A stretch of DNA of 50,897 nt, taken from positions 5,791 to 56,687 of the forward strand of contig CAZVNH010000001.1 in NCBI GenBank assembly GCA_964628575.1. The letters are read 5' to 3'. The stretch comes from an uncultured Thermoplasmatales archaeon (GTDB taxonomy: Archaea; Thermoplasmatota; E2; DHVEG-1). Under the pieces are notes generated by a model. The model was not told where the DNA came from. It ran no database searches and worked only from the letters and a program-made list of their open reading frames with translations. Below, in pieces: positions 37,201 through 45,519 of this stretch (positions within the stretch are counted from its first letter, which is position 1; each line of letters begins with the position of its first letter). The position numbers and the translations under genes were made by a program.

Positions 37201-38184
37201 ATGAAAATTTTAGTAACTGGTGGATGTGGATTTGTCGGATGCTCAATAATACCTCTATTTTTAGAAAATGGATATCAAGTTAAAATTTTAGACTTGCAAT
37301 TATTTGGAGAAGAACCTATAGATTCTTTTAAGGATGATGTGGAAATTATAAAAGAAGATATAAGAAATTTCAATCCATCAATTTTAGATGATATTGACAT
37401 TGTTATCCATTTAGCTGCACTTTCGCAACCAGATGAACTCAAACGAATACCACAAAATCTCTTTTATGAAATAAACCTTAATGGCTGTACCAGAGTAGCG
37501 GAGTATTGCAAGAAGACTGGTGTTGAAAGATTCATATTTGCATCTACATGTAGCGTATATGGTTATCAGAAAGAGGTAATATATGAAACTACAGAGCCGA
37601 AGCCATTAGAGGCTTACGGCGATTCTAAATTAAAAGCTGAGAAAGAACTTTTGAAACTAAGTGATAAAGATTTTTGTGTAACTATAATGAGACCCGCTAC
37701 TATGTATGGGCTTTCTCCAAAAATGCGTTTTGATTTAGTTGTAAACGGCATGACGTATGCATTATATAGCACAAAAGAAGTCAATGTTATGAAACCTGGA
37801 ACACAATGGAGACCAAATATTCATGTTAGAGATGTGGGTCAAGCAGTTACAAAGATAATGGAAGCTGATAAGGAACTTGTTGAAAATGAGATTTTCAATA
37901 TAGGTTCTAATGACCAGAATTATCAAATTCAAACTCTTGCAGAGGAGTTGGCGACTACCATATTAGGTGAGTACAATCCAAAATGGTATGGACAACCAGA
38001 TAAAAGATCTTATAAAGTTAATTTTGATAAATTGAGAGATACACTAGGTTTCAAACCAAATTACACAGTAACCGATGCAGCAACAGAAATTACTAGGTCG
38101 CTTGAGAGTGGGCAAATCGAAAAAACCGATAAAACAATCAATCTAAATTGGTATAAACATTTGGTAGAAACAAATCAAATCTAA
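37201..38184 (+). CDS. NAD-dependent sugar epimerase/reductase (extended SDR), not a 4,6-dehydratase
   Basis: 327 aa. Motifs are ILVTGGCGFVGCS, ASTCSVYG and YGDSKLKAE (YxxxK). It has TCS where RmlB-type dehydratases have TDE. Confidence 0.75.
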   Translation: MKILVTGGCGFVGCSIIPLFLENGYQVKILDLQLFGEEPIDSFKDDVEIIKEDIRNFNPSILDDIDIVIHLAALSQPDELKRIPQNLFYEINLNGCTRVAEYCKKTGVERFIFASTCSVYGYQKEVIYETTEPKPLEAYGDSKLKAEKELLKLSDKDFCVTIMRPATMYGLSPKMRFDLVVNGMTYALYSTKEVNVMKPGTQWRPNIHVRDVGQAVTKIMEADKELVENEIFNIGSNDQNYQIQTLAEELATTILGEYNPKWYGQPDKRSYKVNFDKLRDTLGFKPNYTVTDAATEITRSLESGQIEKTDKTINLNWYKHLVETNQI

Positions 38185-38216
38185 TTTTTCTTTTTTGGTC
38201 CTACTTTTAAAACCTT

Positions 38217-38957
38217 TTATTCTTGTTCGATATTCTTTTCCATAAAAGTGCCACATCGAAGTAAAGTTCTAAAAGTACCTGCATCAGACCAAAAACCTTC
38301 CACAATTTGAGCTTTAGTTATTCCCATTTTAATATAATAATTATTAACATCAGTGATCTCCAGCTCTCCTCGGTCTGAATATCCAATATTATTTATTACT
38401 TCTTCGATTATTTCAAATATTCTCTCATCATAGAAATAAAGCCCGGTTACACATAAATCAGTTTTAGGAACCTGGGGTTTTTCTTCAATATTAATAATTT
38501 CTCCCCTTTCATTTAGTTCTGCTACACCGAATCTCTCAGGATCAGGAACTTCTTTTAGAAATAAAAAACAACCATATTCTTTAGATTTTTCAAATTCTCT
38601 TACAGCATTAGAAAAAGAATTCTCAAATATATTATCACCTAATATAACAGCAATTTTATGACCTTTAACGATTTTTTTAGTTATATATAAAGCTTCGGCA
38701 ATACCACCAGCGCCTTGTTGATATACATAACTAAAATGAGCATTAAAATTCGAACCATCGCCTAGTAACCTAATAAAATCACCAACACTTTCACCACCTA
38801 AAACAATTGTTATTTCTGTTATTCCAGAATGGGTTATTGTTTTAATGACTTTATAAATCATTGGCTCATCATAAACTGGTAGAAGATGTTTATTTGTAAC
38901 TTTTGTAAGGGGAGCTAATCTTGTACCGAAGCCTCCTGCTAAAATAACACCTTTAAT
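38217..38957 (-). CDS. rmlA: Glucose-1-phosphate thymidylyltransferase
   Basis: The track ORF starts at 38861 (MIYKV...), but the frame is open up to 38963. That upstream stretch encodes IKGVILAGGFGTRLAPLTKVTNKHLLPVYDEPMIY, i.e. the GxGTRLxPLT and K.LLP.YDKPMIY signatures of RmlA. Downstream blocks include GDNIF, DPERFGV, EEKP, VTGLYFYD and RGELEITD. The start would be ATT at 38957-38955. Confidence 0.8.
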   Translation of the reverse strand: MKGVILAGGFGTRLAPLTKVTNKHLLPVYDEPMIYKVIKTITHSGITEITIVLGGESVGDFIRLLGDGSNFNAHFSYVYQQGAGGIAEALYITKKIVKGHKIAVILGDNIFENSFSNAVREFEKSKEYGCFLFLKEVPDPERFGVAELNERGEIINIEEKPQVPKTDLCVTGLYFYDERIFEIIEEVINNIGYSDRGELEITDVNNYYIKMGITKAQIVEGFWSDAGTFRTLLRCGTFMEKNIEQE

Positions 38958-39066
38958 AAAGAATCACTTTTCTATCTCAATTTCTTATTAAAACGCAGAA
39001 TTGTCTAACTTTTAATAATATTGTTTTTTATAATAAAATTTAAAGACTTTATAAATATCAGAAAAA

Positions 39067-39984
39067 TCAATCAATTAGTTTTAAAAATAAATCTTCAAGG
39101 GATAAAGTAGGTTCACTCATTCTTAATACTTTATAATTTGCTAAAATTGGAAATAAATCAGTATAATTTTCTCTTTGTTTTAATGTAATTACTAAACCGT
39201 CATTACTTACAATAACTTCTTTTATGAAATCTTTTTGATTCAAATTTTTGACCAATTCAGATTTTTTTTCCTTTAATTCGATGCTAATTTTAATATGCAT
39301 TTCCGTAAGTGTTTTTACTTCTCTTTTCGTCCCGATTTTTAATATTTTACCCAAATTAATAAAGGCAACACGATCACATAGCTTTTCAACTATGCTCATA
39401 TCATGACTCGTTAAAAATATCGTTTTCTCTAAATTTTTTATTTTTTCAATTATGAAGTTCTTTGATTTTACATCCAAACCTAATGTTGGTTCATCTAAAA
39501 ATAAAATATCACGTTCCAATAATAAGGTTCTGCATAATGCTAATTTCATTTTCATTCCACTAGAGAAATATTCAACATATTGATCAAGCCAGTTGGTTAA
39601 TCCGAATTCTTTAGCTATGTCTTGAATTTTTTCTTTGTAATTTGGAATTTTATAAATTTTACAAAAAAACTTTAAATTATCATAGCCAGTAATTCGATAA
39701 TATAGCATTTCACTAGCAAACATGAGTCCAATTAAGGGTTTTACTTTTTTTGGGTGTGATACAATATTATATCCATTAATAGTTGCATAACCACTTGTGG
39801 GTTGTTTTATTGCTGTAAGTATTTCTATTAATGTTGTTTTTCCAGCACCATTTGGCCCGAGTAATCCAAAAATTTCACCTTTATTCACAGAAAGATTTAC
39901 TTTATCTAAAGCTGTGATTGATTTTAAATGACCTTTTAATTTATAGATTTTTGATATATCAACTGTTTTTATTACTTTATTCAT
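39067..39984 (-). CDS. ABC transporter ATP-binding protein (ABC-2/DrrA-NatA-like)
   Basis: 305 aa. Walker A is GLLGPNGAGKTT, the signature is FSSGMKMKLAL and Walker B is ILFLDEPTLGLD. A C-terminal extension of about 85 aa follows the nucleotide-binding domain. Confidence 0.9.
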   Translation of the reverse strand: MNKVIKTVDISKIYKLKGHLKSITALDKVNLSVNKGEIFGLLGPNGAGKTTLIEILTAIKQPTSGYATINGYNIVSHPKKVKPLIGLMFASEMLYYRITGYDNLKFFCKIYKIPNYKEKIQDIAKEFGLTNWLDQYVEYFSSGMKMKLALCRTLLLERDILFLDEPTLGLDVKSKNFIIEKIKNLEKTIFLTSHDMSIVEKLCDRVAFINLGKILKIGTKREVKTLTEMHIKISIELKEKKSELVKNLNQKDFIKEVIVSNDGLVITLKQRENYTDLFPILANYKVLRMSEPTLSLEDLFLKLID

Positions 39985-39989
39985 AGTAA

Positions 39990-40826
39990 TTAATATCCCG
40001 TTATTCCGTATTTTTTGTAAACTTGATTAAAAAGAAAAACACCAATAGAAGGTAAAATTATTGATGTGCTTATTAAAATAATAAAATGGAAAGGATAGGT
40101 ACTAATTGTAAATAAAATATCATCCTGAATCCAAGTAATTCGCAAAAAATCAAAAATATAATAAAGAGGATTTAAGTTAATTATTTTTTGAATAAACCCC
40201 GGAAAGATTTCAAAAGGGTATGTAATGCAACTAAACCACATGACAAACATCAATAAAAATGATAAGACATTCCATATATTTTCATTTGAAATAGCAAAAA
40301 TACCAAGAATTAATCCAATTCCACTAAAAATTAAAGCTATTAAAAAAAATATAGCAATAATAAGAATTATAGTCCCTATTGAAATCGGTTGCCATATTAG
40401 ACCTAAAATAAAAAATATAATAAAAGGAAAGGAAATTATAGTTAAATGTGAAAGGAATATCCCTAATAAGAGGTTTGATCTGTTAAAAGGTCCAATTATT
40501 AAAGCAGGTAGAGTTTTCCAATATTTTTCATTACGAAATTGACTAGGGTAGGCATTAGTTATTCCAGATATTAACATTATATTATATGCTATAAATTGAT
40601 ATAAAATAAAGTTCTGAGAACTCCAGAGTCCAATATTACCCAATCCTATATTTACACGATATTCAAAAATATTCTGCATTATAATAAGAGGCATTATAAT
40701 TGAGATTAGGTATGTTATATATGATATAAATAAACCTAATTTATATCTCAATGATAATTTAATATTTTTCTCAGTTAAGGCTAAAATCTGAGAAAAGCTT
40801 TCTTTAAACTCTTTTAAATTTTTCAT
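39990..40826 (-). CDS. ABC-2 type transporter permease
   Basis: 278 aa with about 6 TM helices. Only 5 nt separate it from the ATPase gene downstream. Confidence 0.75.
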   Translation of the reverse strand: MKNLKEFKESFSQILALTEKNIKLSLRYKLGLFISYITYLISIIMPLIIMQNIFEYRVNIGLGNIGLWSSQNFILYQFIAYNIMLISGITNAYPSQFRNEKYWKTLPALIIGPFNRSNLLLGIFLSHLTIISFPFIIFFILGLIWQPISIGTIILIIAIFFLIALIFSGIGLILGIFAISNENIWNVLSFLLMFVMWFSCITYPFEIFPGFIQKIINLNPLYYIFDFLRITWIQDDILFTISTYPFHFIILISTSIILPSIGVFLFNQVYKKYGITGY

Positions 40827-40847
40827 CTGTTTAGTTCAATTTTTTTT

Positions 40848-41768
40848 TTATTTATTAGTTTTATTACTAATAGAAATGGATTGATCTGATGTTTTAATTG
40901 TTCTACCAACACATAATACACTAGCACATGCAATCCAAGGGGAAATGTTATCTAAAAGGCGTGAGAGCACCTTTCCTATAAAATTCATCTTAAAATTAAT
41001 ACTCTTTCTAGCTTTTAAAAAAGGAAAATCTACACCTAAACCAATAGCATGGTTTTTTGAACCATGAAAGTCATGTGGAAGTGTTTCTACAACTTCGAAC
41101 TTTGATTGTTTTAAAAATGATTGTAATTCATTTATTGTGAATCTGTATTCGACAAAATGAAAATATTTTATTGGTTTTATTTTTTTATTGGATTTTTTGC
41201 TTTTAAATTGAGATGTTTCTCTTTGATTTTCCAAAACATTCTTTATTCTATTAAAAAGATAATATAATCTATTAACAATGTTAAGAACAGGTTGAATTAT
41301 TATTTTTCTAATAATATTTACAGTTGGAGTCGATAAAAAAATTAAACCGTTAGGTTTTAAAACCCTGTGTGCCTCTTGTAAAGCTAATAACGGACCATCT
41401 TCAAAATGCTCAACTACTCCCATAGATATATAAGCATCAAAATAGTTATCTGGATATCTCAGATTTAAAACATCTCCTGTTTCAACTTGGAGAGATTGAT
41501 TGAAACTTTTCAATATTTCAATTGCTAAATCACTATTATCGACACCAATGATACTATAGCCCCGTGTGTTTAAAAAGATAACCCATTTTCCAAAACCGCA
41601 TCCAGCATCAATTATTTTATTACTCTTATCAAGATATTTAAGAAACATCAATCTGGGGGCAGTTTCCATTTCAATTGCTTCTAATTCTTGCTTTACAGTT
41701 CTAGTAGACCACATATTATCCCATAAAGTACATTTGGGATTGTTATCAATAAGATATAATGTTCTCAT
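40848..41768 (-). CDS. Class I SAM-dependent methyltransferase
   Basis: 306 aa. Motif I is IIDAGCGFGKWVIFL. FDAYISMGVVEHF and KPNGLIFLSTP follow. Confidence 0.75.
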   Translation of the reverse strand: MRTLYLIDNNPKCTLWDNMWSTRTVKQELEAIEMETAPRLMFLKYLDKSNKIIDAGCGFGKWVIFLNTRGYSIIGVDNSDLAIEILKSFNQSLQVETGDVLNLRYPDNYFDAYISMGVVEHFEDGPLLALQEAHRVLKPNGLIFLSTPTVNIIRKIIIQPVLNIVNRLYYLFNRIKNVLENQRETSQFKSKKSNKKIKPIKYFHFVEYRFTINELQSFLKQSKFEVVETLPHDFHGSKNHAIGLGVDFPFLKARKSINFKMNFIGKVLSRLLDNISPWIACASVLCVGRTIKTSDQSISISNKTNK

Positions 41769-41809
41769 TATAATTCAACGCCATTTTTTTAAAATACTCT
41801 GTTAGAATT

Positions 41810-43333
41810 TTATATTTTTAGATCATTAATTGCTTTTCTTATCACAGACTTTTCCTTTATCGTCATAATTTCAGTTAAATTTTTAAGATTTTTGATTTTT
41901 TTCAATTGCCCCGTTAAATAATGTTTCATATGATGATATTCTTCTAGATCATCTGAAATTATATTAACTTGCTCGTGAGGATCATTAATCAGATCATAAA
42001 ATTCTTCAATATTTTGTTCGAATTTAACGTATTTATAAGATTCAGATCGTAGAAAACATATATCACTAAAAATCTTTTGAATTAGATCAGCTTTTACAAA
42101 CCTTTTATACACTTCTATTAGAGTTTTTATTTCCTTTTCCAATTTTAAATTTTCTCCATATATATATTTTGGAGTTGTATTACTTTCAATTTGATTTATT
42201 AATGATTTTTGAAGGTTTAAATATTTGTTTTTATCATCAGGAATTCCTACTAAGTGAAGTATAGTATGAAATACATCCTTTAACTCAACTTGATCTTCTA
42301 TGATTCTTTTATAAAATTTAGGGTGATATATAATAAGTGGAACTTTGATTTGTGAATCTAATACGCTTTGATAAATCCCATGTCCATATAAATAATGATC
42401 AATTTGAGAACCTAGAAGTTCTCCATGATCTGATGTTATTATAACATATGAATTTTCTAATAATCCTAAATTCTGTAATACTGAAAATAATTTTTCTACA
42501 ATCATATCACTGTAATAAACACTTGAATCATATAATTTCTTAAGAGTTTTAATCTGTTTTTCAGTTAAACTTTTTGATCTTAAATTAATTTTATTGAAGT
42601 AAAAGCTAGGATTTAAGAGTAAATTTTTTAAAATCTTAAAATCTTTAGGTGTAATGTTAACATAATTTAATGCTTCTTTTTGAGGGATATATGGACAATG
42701 GGTGGCCATTATATTCAAAAAAAGGTAAAGTGGTCTCCCATTTAAATAACTTGGCAGGATCTGATTGAATTTTTCTATTAAGTTAATAGTATTTTTATAG
42801 TCGCGCAATAAAGTTTTCCAAAATATATTTTGCAACATTCTTTTATTTAGCTCTTCAATTACTTGTTTAAATTTTTTCCAATAATCTAGATATCTCTTCA
42901 CTCTTATTCTTTTTTTTATAAATCTATCAAGTAAATTCAAAATAAAATTAATAGATTCAAAAACTTCGGTATTGCCAATGTTATGAAAGGACAAGCCATT
43001 ATTTTTGAAAATTTTATGAAAACCTTTAGTTACCCGAAAATAACTACTAACCCATGGATTCTCAGTATAACAAAGGGTTATGTATCCTAAATCTTTAAGG
43101 ATTTCTGTTAATATCGGGACTTTATCACTTAATCTATCAAGATATTTCCCTGTTAATTTAATTTGAGTAGGATATAATCCTGTAAACATAGATAGATGAG
43201 ATGGCAATGTCCATGTGCAATTTGCGAAACAATTTTTGAAATATATTGAATTATTTAGCAATTTTTTGATAAAAGGAGTTAAAAGCTTTCCGTCATGAAT
43301 TGCGTTTATTCTGTCTGCTCTAAAAGCATCCAA
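41810..43333 (-). CDS. Alkaline-phosphatase superfamily hydrolase/transferase (sulfatase/NPP-like, Thr-nucleophile type)
   Basis: 507 aa counted from TTG at 43333. LDAFRADR holds the metal-binding Asp. CTWTLPSHLSMFTGLYP resembles the NPP loop T-F-P-N-H-Y-S-x-V-T-G-L-Y-P. ITSDHGELLG is present. There is no C-x-P-x-R formylglycine motif. The frame is open upstream to 43372 (see findings). Confidence 0.7.
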   Translation of the reverse strand: MDAFRADRINAIHDGKLLTPFIKKLLNNSIYFKNCFANCTWTLPSHLSMFTGLYPTQIKLTGKYLDRLSDKVPILTEILKDLGYITLCYTENPWVSSYFRVTKGFHKIFKNNGLSFHNIGNTEVFESINFILNLLDRFIKKRIRVKRYLDYWKKFKQVIEELNKRMLQNIFWKTLLRDYKNTINLIEKFNQILPSYLNGRPLYLFLNIMATHCPYIPQKEALNYVNITPKDFKILKNLLLNPSFYFNKINLRSKSLTEKQIKTLKKLYDSSVYYSDMIVEKLFSVLQNLGLLENSYVIITSDHGELLGSQIDHYLYGHGIYQSVLDSQIKVPLIIYHPKFYKRIIEDQVELKDVFHTILHLVGIPDDKNKYLNLQKSLINQIESNTTPKYIYGENLKLEKEIKTLIEVYKRFVKADLIQKIFSDICFLRSESYKYVKFEQNIEEFYDLINDPHEQVNIISDDLEEYHHMKHYLTGQLKKIKNLKNLTEIMTIKEKSVIRKAINDLKI

Positions 43334-43429
43334 TACAACAAAAATGATGTTTAGTGCGGTCAGTTCAAGAAATCAACTTCTTTTTTCTAAAATTTTCGCT
43401 TTAACTATATTATTATTAATTAAAAAATT

Positions 43430-44248
43430 CTAGGTATTTTTATATATTAAACCAATCCCTGCCCATTTTTTACCTTTTTCACTAATAAATTCTCTATATT
43501 CACAATTTTCTTTAATTTCATTCCAAAACCTATCAACTTCGCACTTTAATTCATTAGGATGTTCTACTATGTCATGAAATGCAATAAGCCCTCCTTTTCT
43601 AACAAAAGGACTAAAATTTTCATAATCTTTTTTTACTCCTTTATAAGTATGATCCCCATCAATAAATAAAACATCTATCTTTTTTCTTTTCAAGATCTTC
43701 TGAACTTTCGTTATAGCAGCAATAGTATGAGAATTTTCTCTAATAAAATGAATTTTTTGATTTTTCGATTTAAAAGCTTTATAAAAAGGAATTTTTGCTG
43801 GAGAATATCCCGCACCTTGGCGAATTATTGGTAAATCAATGGTAATTATAGTGGCATCAGGGTGAGCAAATTTAGATAAAAAAAATAATGTTCCGCCATC
43901 ATAAGTTCCAATTTCTAGTATTAATTTAGGTTTTATTTTAGTAAATATTTTTAGAAATTCAATAATTTCATCCTTTTTCTGATATAATTTAATCGCCACT
44001 AAATATTTTGACTTTTTATATAAAGAGTATGTGAAAGAATCTACTAAATTGTAATAATCATCGAAGTTTTTGCATTGAACAAGATATTTTTTAAATTCTA
44101 TTCCTGCTTTAAAGGATATTAATTTATAGAATAATTGCACTGAATCAACTAGATCGATCAAAACCCTACCAGAAAGTTTTTCTAATAAATTTATTACTCT
44201 TCCTCCTATCATGTCAGCTTGAATTGATGTATAAATCTTTATATTCAT
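43430..44248 (-). CDS. Class I SAM-dependent methyltransferase (Methyltransf_24/TylF-like)
   Basis: 272 aa. Motifs are LILEIGTYDGGTLFFL, DVLFIDGDHTYKGVKKDYE and GGLIAFHDI. It is a paralog of 46597..47472. Confidence 0.7.
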   Translation of the reverse strand: MNIKIYTSIQADMIGGRVINLLEKLSGRVLIDLVDSVQLFYKLISFKAGIEFKKYLVQCKNFDDYYNLVDSFTYSLYKKSKYLVAIKLYQKKDEIIEFLKIFTKIKPKLILEIGTYDGGTLFFLSKFAHPDATIITIDLPIIRQGAGYSPAKIPFYKAFKSKNQKIHFIRENSHTIAAITKVQKILKRKKIDVLFIDGDHTYKGVKKDYENFSPFVRKGGLIAFHDIVEHPNELKCEVDRFWNEIKENCEYREFISEKGKKWAGIGLIYKNT

Positions 44249-44350
44249 TAAAAATAATCATTAGTTTTTAATTTTGTTTTATATGAAGAATAACCAAAAG
44301 GAAGAAAAAAAAATAGATCTCTTATTTCATTTTTATTTGTTAGATTAGAA

Positions 44351-44393
44351 AAATTTAAGAAAATTGAAATCTTTTTAATTTCAAATATATTTT
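44351..44393 (+). promoter_or_regulatory. Conserved upstream element: AAATTTAAGAAA, inverted repeat TTGAAAT-N7-ATTTCAA, then a TATA-like AAATATATTTT
   Basis: Seen directly. The same 12-mer and a TGAAAT/ATTTCA palindrome recur at the equivalent distance upstream of the tandem paralog (45455..45492). The TATA-like box lies 24-34 nt before the ATG at 44417. Confidence 0.4.
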
Positions 44394-44416
44394 CGTCATA
44401 ATGTCATGGAATTTTC

Positions 44417-45403
44417 ATGGAAAAATTAGTATCTATAATCATCGTGAATTATAACAATTATAATTACACAATAGATTGTTTAAAATCATTAATCCAACAA
44501 AAATATAAAAACTATGAAGTTCTGCTCGTTGATAATGGTTCTATATATAAAAATTTTTTAATTCTTAAAAGAGAAATTAAGCAATTTAAAAATTTTCTAA
44601 GTATTAATTTAATTAGAAGCGAAAAGAATTTATATTTCGGAGCAGGGAATAATAAAGCTATTAAAATGGCAAATGGAGAATATATTTGCTTATTGAATAA
44701 TGATACTGAAGTATTACCAGATTTTATTGAAAAAATGGTAAATTTCTTAGAAAATAATCCTCAAGCAGGTATGATATCACCTAAAATCAAATTATTTCAA
44801 GATAAGAAATATATATGGACAACTGGTGGGCAAGTAAATTTCCGAACTTCTGCTGTTGTTATTAATAGAGGGTATCTAGAAAAGGATCAAGAAAATAAAA
44901 AATATAGCAAAATTGAACCAATTGATTTTGCCCCTGGAACAGCATTATTTGTAAGAAAAGAATATTTAGAAAAAATTGGCTTAATTGATGAAATTTATTT
45001 TATGTATTGGGAAGATCCAGATTGGAATTTTAGAGCAAAGAGATTAGGTTATGAAAGTTATTATGTTCCAACAACAATTGTATATCATAAAATTCCAATT
45101 AATAGGAGTAAAAATGACAAAAGGCAGATATTTAATGATTATTTCTTTAAACGGAATAAACAAGTATTTGTATGGAAGTTTGCGACAATAAAAGAGTTAA
45201 TTATCTTTTATATCAAGTTTTATAGTGAGATTTTCTTTGAATTTATTAGAAAATTAAAGAAAAAAGATTTTAAAGTTTTAGCAATTAATATAAATTCACT
45301 GTGGCAAGGTTTTAGGATTGGTTTAAGGAGAAGAACTCATCGTCCTTGTAAAAAAGATCTGATTAAGAATTTCTATTATATTAAAAAGCTTCATGGTTTC
45401 TAA
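44417..45403 (+). CDS. GT2 glycosyltransferase (tandem paralog 1)
   Basis: 328 aa. Motifs are VSIIIVNYNNYNYTIDCLKSL, VLLVDNGS, LLNNDTEV and YWEDPDWNFRA. Confidence 0.8.
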   Translation: MEKLVSIIIVNYNNYNYTIDCLKSLIQQKYKNYEVLLVDNGSIYKNFLILKREIKQFKNFLSINLIRSEKNLYFGAGNNKAIKMANGEYICLLNNDTEVLPDFIEKMVNFLENNPQAGMISPKIKLFQDKKYIWTTGGQVNFRTSAVVINRGYLEKDQENKKYSKIEPIDFAPGTALFVRKEYLEKIGLIDEIYFMYWEDPDWNFRAKRLGYESYYVPTTIVYHKIPINRSKNDKRQIFNDYFFKRNKQVFVWKFATIKELIIFYIKFYSEIFFEFIRKLKKKDFKVLAININSLWQGFRIGLRRRTHRPCKKDLIKNFYYIKKLHGF

Positions 45404-45454
45404 TTTATCGAATTCTATTTTTCCTTAAAAAAACAATAATTTTAATTATCATTA

Positions 45455-45492
45455 AAATTTAAGAAAGTGAAATATATTTCAAATATTATACT
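45455..45492 (+). promoter_or_regulatory. Conserved upstream element: AAATTTAAGAAA, palindrome TGAAAT-AT-ATTTCA, then a TATA-like AAATATTATAC
   Basis: Seen directly. This is the counterpart of 44351..44393. The 12-mer starts 65 nt before the GTG at 45520, against 66 nt in copy 1. Confidence 0.4.
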
Positions 45493-45519
45493 TCTATAGA
45501 TAGCCTAAGGTTATTATTA

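Noticed and set aside
37201-38184. Calling this SDR rmlB to complete the rhamnose pathway
   Set aside because: It has TCS where the dehydratase T-D-E motif is expected. Context alone is not enough to support the call.
40225-40542. 105-aa plus-strand ORF
   Set aside because: It is antisense within the ABC-2 permease gene.
41566-41805. 79-aa plus-strand ORF
   Set aside because: It is antisense to the 5' end of the methyltransferase 40848..41768, the region that carries the SAM motif I.
41810-43333. Calling this gene a sulfatase acting on the sulfosugar
   Set aside because: No C/S-x-P-x-R formylglycine motif is present. The nucleophile loop looks like the Thr type found in phosphodiesterases and phosphotransferases.
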